Of a stretch of 64,000 nucleotides of DNA, positions 25,376-33,346 are shown in pieces. Location: positions 817 through 64,816 of the forward strand of contig CAMDTN010000008.1 of NCBI GenBank assembly GCA_945907755.1, read 5' to 3'. The translations under genes were made by a program, and so were the position numbers. How positions within the stretch are numbered: position 1 is the stretch's first letter; each line of letters begins with the position of its first letter. The DNA comes from Singulisphaera sp. GP187. GTDB lineage: Bacteria > Planctomycetota > GCA-002687715. The notes under the pieces are model-generated. The model made no database searches. It saw nothing but the letters and a program-made list of their open reading frames with translations, and was not told where the DNA came from.

Positions 25376-27985
25376 TCAGTTGTTGCCGCCCGGTTCCAGC
25401 TCTTCGAGGATCACGATCTGCACGCGCAACAGGATCAAGAGATCCTTCATTTGGGTGTGCTTGCCCTTGTGGGAGAAGAAGAACCCAAGGATCGGGATGT
25501 CTGACAGCACCGGAATGCCCGACATCATGTCTTGCTCGACGTAGTACTTCAGACCGCCGAGGAGCAGCGTGCCGCCGTCAGGAACCACCACGGTGGTCTT
25601 CAGCGATTGCTTGTTCAGCTCGGGCATGTCGATGGTGACCGCCGAGCCGACACCAAGAGTGGTGACCAGCTTGCGGATTGGGCGCACCAGCGTGGCCACG
25701 GTCGGGCGCAGTTCCAAGGTGACGAAGCGACGATCGTTGCTGACGATGGGGCGCACATCCAGCACAACGCCTTCGCGCACGATGTCCACCACCGGGTCGG
25801 CGATGGTTGACGCCTGAGCGATCTCGACGTCGTAGTCCTTCACATAGGCTTCTTGACGCGAGACTTCGATGTTGGCGCGCTGGGTGTTGTAAACCAGCAG
25901 CGTGGGCGAGTTGACCGTGTTGACGCGGTCGTACTTCTGCACGGCGCGCAAGATGGCTTCCAACTGCGCGTCGTCGAGGTAGGTCCACTGCACCGACATG
26001 CCGCCGCTCGGATCCATGATCGCGGGATTGCCCAAAGCCTGGTCGAACAGGTTCTGAGTACGGCCGCGGATGTCGCCGTTGCCGCCGCCTAATTGATAGT
26101 AGGCGCCGGAAGAAGTGTCGGTGCCCAAGGGCAAGTTGGCGCTGCCACCAAAGCCGAAATCGTCAAAGGGACGGTTGAGGCCGAGACCTGGGACGCCCGC
26201 ACCACCCGAGTTGTCGCCCAGCCCGCGCAGGTCGACGCCAACATCCTGAAGGAAGTTGTTTTCCACCGTGAGGAAGCGGCTCTCGATTTGCACTTGGATG
26301 CCGGAGTACTTGCGCAGGTCGGCGAGGAGCGCGCGAATCAGGCGCTGATTCTCTGGCGTCTGCTTGATCACCAAGGTGCCGCTCTTGTCGACGATGGTGT
26401 TCTCGGCGTCTTCAGTCCACGAAGTCGGATCGACAGTGGCTTGAATCAGCTCGCGCAGGCGGTCGACTTCGACGATGCGATTTTCATCAGTGGCATCGCC
26501 TTCTTCTTCGCCACCTGTGGTCGGGCTGAAACCCGAGGGTGAAAGGTTCAGTTCAATACCAGGGAAGTTGCTGATTTTCGCGGTGAGGTCGCGCACATCG
26601 TAGAACTCGGTGACCTTGCGCTTGCGCAACTGTTCCTTGGTGGTGATTTTGACCATGCCATCTTCAACCACGAATTCGAGGCTGAGTGCATTGGTGGCGT
26701 GGCGCAAAGTGGACCAAGCACTGATGTCATCCAGCTTCAGGTTGAGAATGCGCTCTTCGCGCGGCATGGCCTCGTCCACAGCGGCCGCAACAACGATGTT
26801 CACACCGGTGTTGTTGCGCAGGAACTTGATGGCGTCATCGAGAGTCTTGTCGGTCCAGTCAACGCTGGAGAGGTTGGTGCCTTCGAGAGTGGCCTTCACA
26901 GCGGCGTCGATTTCGGAGGTCTGCTCGCTGGCGCGCGACAAAGTGATCGGCCCGCGAGCCGCAATCTCGCGCCAACGATCGGCGCTGGGGAATGTCGCCG
27001 TGCGCGTGAATGGCATCGCGAGACTCTTCACTTCGTCCAGCGCGCGCTGCCACTCGGTGCGGTGACGATTGATGTTGTCGGAATCGGCCTTGGCATGACG
27101 GGCTTGTCCCGCAGCAGCCTTCAGTTCGTGAGCAGCCTTGAAGCTGTAGTCGCGATCGACCAACTGATCGCACAGGCGCTCGCAATCTTCGAAGCGCTCA
27201 CGCTCGAAGGCTGCAACAGCCTCGTCCCAGAGGCGTTCGAGTTGGTGTGCCAGCTTGCGGCGCTCTTCGTCGTCGCGCGACTTGTTGATGCGCTCGATCT
27301 CCTGCAGGCGCGTGGCCTCGGCCCCGCGCGCCGCATCAGCCGCAGCCGCTTCAGACGCAGCAAGCATGCCGCGCAGTTGGTTCTCAGTAGGGACGCCATC
27401 CAGATTGGTATTGGCGGACACGATCACCAGCGCGTTGCGCAAGTTCTCGCTGGCCTTAGCGAAGTCGCGCGCTTCGGCTGCTGCATGAGCGCGGCCCATG
27501 GACTCCTGCACCACCAACCCTGCCTGCTGACGGCGCAACAGCGCCTCGTTCCAAACATCGCGGGCCGCAGGCTTGTCTTGCGCGGAGGGGTCCCCCACCA
27601 AGCCTGAAACGCGGGTGTACAAGTCTTGCGCTTCCTTGTTCGCCGGATCGGCGCGCAGTGCGGCAGCGAAGGCTTGCAACGCATCGCGGGCGCGGCCTTG
27701 CTCCAACAGCGTGCGGCCAGTGGCGATGTAGTCGGCGGCGATGACGCGCGCGCGAGCTTCCAATGCCTTCTGGCGTTCGGCCAAGTCTTGCAGCGCAGGT
27801 TGCGCATCTTGCGGCGCAACTTCCACAGCAACCAATTCAATCACCATCGGCTCCGCCGCCACGGCGACAGGGGCCGCAGCCACCGTGTCAGTGGCTTGCT
27901 CGGTACCGCTGCACGCACTGACAACCACAAGGCACGCACCAAGGGCAAAAACCATGGCACTGCGCATGTTCACGAGGAATCGCAT
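25376..27985 (-). CDS. Secretin family outer-membrane protein B (GspD/PilQ-like), predicted lipoprotein; paralog of 15403-18015
   Basis: Lipobox VVSA-C; FYDVRDL, AYVKDYDVEIAQ, GVVLDVRPIV, VPDGGTLLLGG, GIPVLSDIPILGFFF; AGGGAG RBS before ATG 27985. Confidence 0.9.
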   Translation of the reverse strand: MRFLVNMRSAMVFALGACLVVVSACSGTEQATDTVAAAPVAVAAEPMVIELVAVEVAPQDAQPALQDLAERQKALEARARVIAADYIATGRTLLEQGRARDALQAFAAALRADPANKEAQDLYTRVSGLVGDPSAQDKPAARDVWNEALLRRQQAGLVVQESMGRAHAAAEARDFAKASENLRNALVIVSANTNLDGVPTENQLRGMLAASEAAAADAARGAEATRLQEIERINKSRDDEERRKLAHQLERLWDEAVAAFERERFEDCERLCDQLVDRDYSFKAAHELKAAAGQARHAKADSDNINRHRTEWQRALDEVKSLAMPFTRTATFPSADRWREIAARGPITLSRASEQTSEIDAAVKATLEGTNLSSVDWTDKTLDDAIKFLRNNTGVNIVVAAAVDEAMPREERILNLKLDDISAWSTLRHATNALSLEFVVEDGMVKITTKEQLRKRKVTEFYDVRDLTAKISNFPGIELNLSPSGFSPTTGGEEEGDATDENRIVEVDRLRELIQATVDPTSWTEDAENTIVDKSGTLVIKQTPENQRLIRALLADLRKYSGIQVQIESRFLTVENNFLQDVGVDLRGLGDNSGGAGVPGLGLNRPFDDFGFGGSANLPLGTDTSSGAYYQLGGGNGDIRGRTQNLFDQALGNPAIMDPSGGMSVQWTYLDDAQLEAILRAVQKYDRVNTVNSPTLLVYNTQRANIEVSRQEAYVKDYDVEIAQASTIADPVVDIVREGVVLDVRPIVSNDRRFVTLELRPTVATLVRPIRKLVTTLGVGSAVTIDMPELNKQSLKTTVVVPDGGTLLLGGLKYYVEQDMMSGIPVLSDIPILGFFFSHKGKHTQMKDLLILLRVQIVILEELEPGGNN

Positions 27986-28154
27986 CGAATTCTCCCTTTT
28001 CCGAATCCGGGCACATGGGGCAATCCCACGGGCCACGGGGCGCGGCTTTCTACCAGAAACGGCGCGGGTCCATCAGGGTGCATGCACCGCTGTTGGACTC
28101 GCTGACCGCGTCAGGCTTGATCCACAACTTCATCGTTGCGGGCGCTTTTGAACG

Positions 28155-28179
28155 CAACTCGTTGCATTGAAAAGGCTTC
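28155..28179. promoter_or_regulatory. Degenerate palindrome CAA-N4-TTG-N5-AAA-N4-TTC (copy 3 of 3)
   Basis: CAACTCGTTGCATTGAAAAGGCTTC, preceded by GAACG as in copy 2. Confidence 0.4.
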
Positions 28180-28208
28180 CGCACCGAACCATCTTTTCCA
28201 GGGGCACG

Positions 28209-28236
28209 ATTATAGGGGTGGAGCCGTTGCCTGCAA
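28209..28236 (-). promoter_or_regulatory. Putative sigma70 promoter for secretin B
   Basis: Minus strand TTGCAG-N16-TATAAT. Confidence 0.6.
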
Positions 28237-28269
28237 TAGCCCGCGCTGCCGTTGGCATTCGTGCCATCT

Positions 28270-29316
28270 TCACGGCAGCCGGTGGCGCACTTCGAGCGCT
28301 GGCGCGTTGCCCGCAGGCTGCAGGCGAACGCAGGCGATGGAACTCGTGATTTCACGCATTTCCTGCACGGTCTGCGGGCGCCCAGCCACCAAGACAACGC
28401 GCCCCTGCGCGTCAAAAACCACTGCTGCCACGCTGCGTTGGCTCGTTTCCGTTTCCAAGCGGATGGACTCAAGCTTCATCCCCGTCCCGAAGTCGACCCC
28501 GCTAACAGGGTCTATCGCGCCCACCATTTCTCCCTGCTGCACGCGGAATTCCTTGGCGATAAAACCCTCGCCTTGCCAGCGCTCCACCGAGAAACGCGCA
28601 GCCGTCGCATCAGCGTGAATCAAACCCCAACGCAGGTCCGCTTCGCTACCGCAAGTCACTGGTGCGCTGAGTTCAGAGCGCGGCAAACTTGCAGCGAGCA
28701 GCGGGTCGGCGCACACAGCCACGATTCTGTAGTTGAAAAGAGTGCCGGGTGTGGCACTCGAGTCGGTCCATGTGGATTCCGTTGGCGCCACGCCAATGAT
28801 GACTTCGTATTCGCCGCCTGGTGCGGCGCGCAAGATCTCTAAGAGTTTCACAGCCACATTGCTGCGTGCTGCTGCGCGCCATGTCAGACGCACCGCCCCG
28901 TGCAGCGCCACCGCAACCAGATCTTCCGGCGGCAACAGTCTGGCGACATTGCCTTCGTCGCGCAGCGCTGCCAACACCGAGGTCGGCCACACAGCGCCTT
29001 CATCCTTCACTTGTGGCACCGTGCCGGCGCCCGCGAGCGTGCCACGCAGCAGCGCCTGCGCTGCGTCACTGCGTTGCAGCAGTTCCCGCGGTTCAAAATG
29101 GCGCGAGCGCACGGCCGACTCTCTTTCCTGAGCCAGTTGCTCTAGTTGCTGCTGCAAGCGAGCAGATTCTGGCGGCACAGGCAAAAGCACATCGCTCACG
29201 CACAAGACCAAAACGAGCACGCCTAACCCTAGGCCTACAAAATCGAGCGAAGAGAACAGCGATGCCCAGACATCAACGCGACGTTCCTCTTCAGAGTGGA
29301 GTTGCTCTTCTTTCAT
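28270..29316 (-). CDS. Bitopic membrane protein with fibronectin type III domain (pilP position)
   Basis: N-terminal TM; PPEDLVAV..VRLTW....EILR...WTD...PGTLFNYRIVAV FN3 pattern; start overlaps the upstream stop. Confidence 0.75.
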   Translation of the reverse strand: MKEEQLHSEEERRVDVWASLFSSLDFVGLGLGVLVLVLCVSDVLLPVPPESARLQQQLEQLAQERESAVRSRHFEPRELLQRSDAAQALLRGTLAGAGTVPQVKDEGAVWPTSVLAALRDEGNVARLLPPEDLVAVALHGAVRLTWRAAARSNVAVKLLEILRAAPGGEYEVIIGVAPTESTWTDSSATPGTLFNYRIVAVCADPLLAASLPRSELSAPVTCGSEADLRWGLIHADATAARFSVERWQGEGFIAKEFRVQQGEMVGAIDPVSGVDFGTGMKLESIRLETETSQRSVAAVVFDAQGRVVLVAGRPQTVQEMREITSSIACVRLQPAGNAPALEVRHRLP

Positions 29317-30116
29317 TATTCAGCCTTGGGCCGAAGCCGTTCCAGCACCACTCTGGCATCCACCAACAGCAGGGGCGTCGCCGCGCTGGCCTGCGCTTCC
29401 GCTGCTGGCGGGCTGAATTCAAAACCCACCAAACGCAGTCGCAAGTTCCAGCCGGGCGCTAACAATGCGCGGGCCAAGGCTTGCAGGGATTTCGCTTCGA
29501 CACCTAAGTGCAGTTGCACTTCGGTTGCATCCCACGCACTGGCTGCAACGCGTGGCAAAGCGCGGAACTCTGGCGGCGCCGTTGGCACCGCGCGGCAACG
29601 AGCAGCCGCCAACAAAAACATGCGCTGCAAATTGAGACGCTGCTGGTCGCGCTGCATGCGCGCTGCATCGACTTCGGTGCCGGCGGCGAAGAATTCTGGG
29701 ACATGCAACGGCCACGACCCGGGGCGCGGCGGCTCGCGCCCAGTGAGGCTGCTGATTTCACGGCGCAGTTCGTCGCAATCGAACTCGCTGGCGGCACGAA
29801 AGTCCTCTGGCGCGGGGCTCTGCGAAGTCAAGCGCGCAGAGAATTGGTCGACATCGTCGTACTGCTGATTCACCCAAGCGTGCAGTGTTCGTTCCTCTTG
29901 CTCCAAGCGCACACGGGCCCCTTGCGCCTCCACGACGAATGGCTCGCCCACCAGTTCCTTGATGTCATCGCTGGTGTAGCTGAGCGTTTGCGCCGCAACG
30001 CTGAGAACAGTTTCAGCCTCGGATTTCGCCGGCAGCACAATTATCAACCATGTGCCCGCCATGGCGAGCGCGCTGCACACCGCTAACAGCATCAACCCTA
30101 GGGTGCGCGGGCTCAT
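29316..30116 (-). CDS. PilO-like bitopic membrane protein
   Basis: Start ATG 30116 (ATGA overlap), one TM, coiled coil, alpha/beta C-terminus; lies after the second PilMN. Confidence 0.5.
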   Translation of the reverse strand: MSPRTLGLMLLAVCSALAMAGTWLIIVLPAKSEAETVLSVAAQTLSYTSDDIKELVGEPFVVEAQGARVRLEQEERTLHAWVNQQYDDVDQFSARLTSQSPAPEDFRAASEFDCDELRREISSLTGREPPRPGSWPLHVPEFFAAGTEVDAARMQRDQQRLNLQRMFLLAAARCRAVPTAPPEFRALPRVAASAWDATEVQLHLGVEAKSLQALARALLAPGWNLRLRLVGFEFSPPAAEAQASAATPLLLVDARVVLERLRPKAE

Positions 30117-31738
30117 GGCGCACCTCCATGCACTTCCAGCGTGTAAGCACGGTGCACCAGCGGCACGCGAATGACGCCTGCGGGAGCCGCGATGGGCGGG
30201 CGCGCGCACAAGTACCCGGCTACCCACGATGCGCCCGGCAGTGCCGCGCTGATCAAGGGGCCGTTGCGCGCCAAGCCTGCGGCCACTGCGTCCAACTTGG
30301 CCGTGGTCGCTGCATCCGCCGCGCCCACTGTCGCCAGAACCAATCGAGCCGTGGGGCCGTCCGATGCTTCCAGCGCCGCAACATGCACGCCGCCCGCGCC
30401 AGCGTTAGCCATCACGGCATCCAGTACGCGCCGAGGTAAGTCGCGCTCGCCGTTCTTCTCTGCCAACGCGGTCATGCGCCGCAGCGGCGCTTCCACATCG
30501 ATGCTGCGCAATTCGACATCTTGGTTGCGCGCGCCGGCGGGCGGCTGCCGCAAGACATCGACCCGTGCGCGCAGCGCTTCAGCACTTTCGCCGTGGCGCT
30601 GAGCCGCCAACACCAGCCCTACGCAAACGAGCAACACCGCAGCCACCCACCAGCGCAAACGCACGCCCAAGTCGCGCTGCAGCGTTGCTGGGAAAAGTTG
30701 CACTTTCACATCTGCGACGCCCGCGCCTTGCAAGGCGAGGCCAGTAGCCCGCGCGAACGCACCAAAATTCTCTTGCAGTCCAGGGCCAACCACATCGGGG
30801 TCCACGCGCACATGCTTGAAACCACGCGGCACGATCACCGGGACTTCCAGTCGACCAGCAATCATGGCTTCCATGGACGGCACACAGCGATGGCTCTCGA
30901 ATAGAACCACCTTGCGAATGCGGCACGAAGGCCGTGCACTGACATAGAAGCGGATCACTCGCGTTGCTTCTTCTAACAGCATGCCTTGCACGCGGCGTTT
31001 CACTTGGTCCAACGCTGCGCCATCGGGGCAACGGCTTTGCCCAGCGGCGAGATTCACCGCTTCGGCGTGGTTGATGCTGAAACGCTCACGCAGCGCGGCT
31101 ACATAGTCCGCCCCGCCTGCGGGCACCACACGGAACCACGAGCGACCTTCGTGATGCAGGATCACATGCACGCCGGCATAATCGAAATCCAGCACCAAGG
31201 TGCCGTCTTCCAGCAAGCGCTCCCATGCGCAGAAATTGAGGAGCGCCAGTGGCCGCAGTTGAATGCCGTCAGCGGGCAACCCGCACTGAGCAAACTTGCG
31301 CACGCGGTCGTCCACGATTTGGCGGCGCACTGCATAGAAGGTGGCTTCCACCCTCGTTTCGCCGCTCAGATCCGACAGGCGCTGATCCCAATACACCTCG
31401 TGCAGTGGGTATGGAATGTTCTGCTCAGCTTCGCGTTGCAGCACCGCCGGCAAGGTCTTGTCGGTGGCCTCGGGCAGCACCACGGTGCGGTTGAATCCTG
31501 TTTCGCCGCGCAGCGACACCCACACCCGCGAGTTGCGCAGGTGCTTGCTGCTGACGAACTGACGGATGGCCCGCGACATGGGCCCCACCCTCGCGCTGGA
31601 GCCGATGTTCTCGACATCAGTGGTGAAATCGAGAACGTCCCAAGCCACGATGCGGGGCACGCCATCGTCTTCCATGACGACGCGCACGCCGCGCAGCGCA
31701 ACTGCGGTGACATCGATTCCCCAGACGGAGTAGGCCAT
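30113..31738 (-). CDS. pilM: Second PilM-like protein fused to TM/PilN-like domain, degenerate nucleotide-binding motifs
   Basis: WGIDVT, EAEQNIPYPLHEVYWD (PilM hallmark), PLALLNF, FARATGLALQG; TM (WWVAAVLLVCVGLVLA); start ATG 31738. Confidence 0.8.
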   Translation of the reverse strand: MAYSVWGIDVTAVALRGVRVVMEDDGVPRIVAWDVLDFTTDVENIGSSARVGPMSRAIRQFVSSKHLRNSRVWVSLRGETGFNRTVVLPEATDKTLPAVLQREAEQNIPYPLHEVYWDQRLSDLSGETRVEATFYAVRRQIVDDRVRKFAQCGLPADGIQLRPLALLNFCAWERLLEDGTLVLDFDYAGVHVILHHEGRSWFRVVPAGGADYVAALRERFSINHAEAVNLAAGQSRCPDGAALDQVKRRVQGMLLEEATRVIRFYVSARPSCRIRKVVLFESHRCVPSMEAMIAGRLEVPVIVPRGFKHVRVDPDVVGPGLQENFGAFARATGLALQGAGVADVKVQLFPATLQRDLGVRLRWWVAAVLLVCVGLVLAAQRHGESAEALRARVDVLRQPPAGARNQDVELRSIDVEAPLRRMTALAEKNGERDLPRRVLDAVMANAGAGGVHVAALEASDGPTARLVLATVGAADAATTAKLDAVAAGLARNGPLISAALPGASWVAGYLCARPPIAAPAGVIRVPLVHRAYTLEVHGGAP

Positions 31739-31799
31739 GGTGTAGTCGGCGCCGCGCAACCGGCCGGCGCAAGATGTTAGTGCTGCACAGCGTGAAGGG

Positions 31800-32597
31800 T
31801 CAAGCGCCGTCGCGCGCGGGCAGCAACGACAGTGCGAACTTGAGGTCTTGCCACGCCGCACGCTTCATGTCTGGCGAACGCAACAGATACGAGGGGTGAT
31901 AAGTGGCAACCACCTGAGCGCGCCCCAGTGTGTGCACCTTGCCGCGCATCGCACCCAACGGCCCCGTCAGTTGCAGCAGATTGCGCGCTGCATGGGCGCC
32001 CAAGGCGACGATCACATCTGGGTCGACGATGGCCAACTGACGCAGCAAGAACCCGCGGCAGGCTTGTGCTTCATCCACTGCTGGCTCGCGATTTTCCGGC
32101 GGGCGGCACTTCAGCACATTGGCGATGAAAACATCCTCGCGCTGCAAGCCCATGGCTTGGATCATGCGCGTCAGCAACTGCCCTGCTTCGCCCACGAAGG
32201 CCAAGCCAGTGCGGTCTTCTTCGGCGCCAGGGGCTTCGCCCACAAACATGAGGCGCGCCGTGGCCGCACCTTGCCCCGGCACGACTTGCGTGCGGCCAGT
32301 CGCTAGCCCGCAGGCGCTGCACGCAGCCGCCTCTGCCGCCACACACTGCAGCGCAGCGCTGCGTTCCACAGCGGATGCCGTCGTAGCAGTTCGCTGCGTG
32401 CTCGGCGCCGTTGGCTGCACCGGCGCGCGCTGCTGCGTGCTCGGCGCCGCCGCTGCGACAGCGGCAGATTCGCCCGCCACGCGACGCGGCAGCAGATCAA
32501 TGCCGAAGGCCTCCATGTCCAGCAGCCATGCTTGCGCCGCCGCCATTGCGTCAACCGCAATGGCATCTGGTGCAGCTGTGCCGTCAACAAAGCTCAT
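31800..32597 (-). CDS. Uracil-DNA glycosylase family 4 (Fe-S)
   Basis: CSAC, MFVGEAPGAEED..G..FVG.AG, NVLKCRPPENR, TYHPSYLLR. Confidence 0.93.
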   Translation of the reverse strand: MSFVDGTAAPDAIAVDAMAAAQAWLLDMEAFGIDLLPRRVAGESAAVAAAAPSTQQRAPVQPTAPSTQRTATTASAVERSAALQCVAAEAAACSACGLATGRTQVVPGQGAATARLMFVGEAPGAEEDRTGLAFVGEAGQLLTRMIQAMGLQREDVFIANVLKCRPPENREPAVDEAQACRGFLLRQLAIVDPDVIVALGAHAARNLLQLTGPLGAMRGKVHTLGRAQVVATYHPSYLLRSPDMKRAAWQDLKFALSLLPARDGA

Positions 32598-32641
32598 CGT
32601 TGCTCATGCTACCTTCGCCCAACCGCGAGAGCAGCCAGAGC

Positions 32642-33343
32642 ATGCTGGTCACCATCATCATTCCCTGCTGCAACGAAGTGGACAGCTTGCCCCGGCTGTT
32701 CAACGAACTGCAGCGCTTGCCGCATTTGCTGGGGCCCGCACATTTTCCCGAGCTACTGCTGTTGGATGATGGCAGCACCGACGGCACTGCCGTTGTTGCT
32801 CGCGCATGGTGCGATCGTTCGCCCTTCCCCATGCGCATCATCGGTTTCGATGCCAATCGCGGCCTCGGCGCCATGCTGCGCGAAGCTGCTGAATTCGCGC
32901 AAGGCGACGCGCTGGTCACTTACGACGCAGACCTGCCCTACCCGTTAGAAGATCTGCCCGCCATGCTCGCGGCGCTGTTAGCGGGCGCAGATGTGGTCAC
33001 CGCCTCGCCGTGGCACCCCGCAGGTAGCGCGCAAGTGTCGTGGTGGCGCGCCGCGTTGTCGCGCACGATATCCAAGCTCTACCGCTTGCGGCTCGGGCGG
33101 CGCGCGCAGGGCTTGCACACATTCACTTGCGGTTACCGCGTCTGGCGCGCTGCTACCTATCGCGCCAGCTTGCCCACTCGCGACGGTTTTGTAGCCACGG
33201 CGGAAATGCTGCTGCGCGCGCTGCGTTCCGGCGCACGCGCTGTTGAATTGCCTTCAGCGTTGCGCCCGCGCTTGGAAGGTGTCAGCAAATTGCGCGTTCT
33301 GCGCACAGCGTGCGCCCACTTGCGCCTGCTGCTCCGTGGATAG
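32642..33343 (+). CDS. Glycosyltransferase family 2, polyprenol-phosphate glycosyltransferase (DPM1-like)
   Basis: IIIPCCNE, LDDGSTDGT, NRGLG, TYDADL, DVVTASPW, TCGYRVWR, R..GVSK. Confidence 0.88.
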   Translation: MLVTIIIPCCNEVDSLPRLFNELQRLPHLLGPAHFPELLLLDDGSTDGTAVVARAWCDRSPFPMRIIGFDANRGLGAMLREAAEFAQGDALVTYDADLPYPLEDLPAMLAALLAGADVVTASPWHPAGSAQVSWWRAALSRTISKLYRLRLGRRAQGLHTFTCGYRVWRAATYRASLPTRDGFVATAEMLLRALRSGARAVELPSALRPRLEGVSKLRVLRTACAHLRLLLRG

Positions 33344-33346
33344 AAC

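Noticed and set aside
15403-27985. Secretins plus FHA protein as a type III secretion system or filamentous phage
   Set aside because: No SctRSTUV/SctN/SctJ or Zot/phage genes; the neighbours are PilM/PilO/pilin-like.
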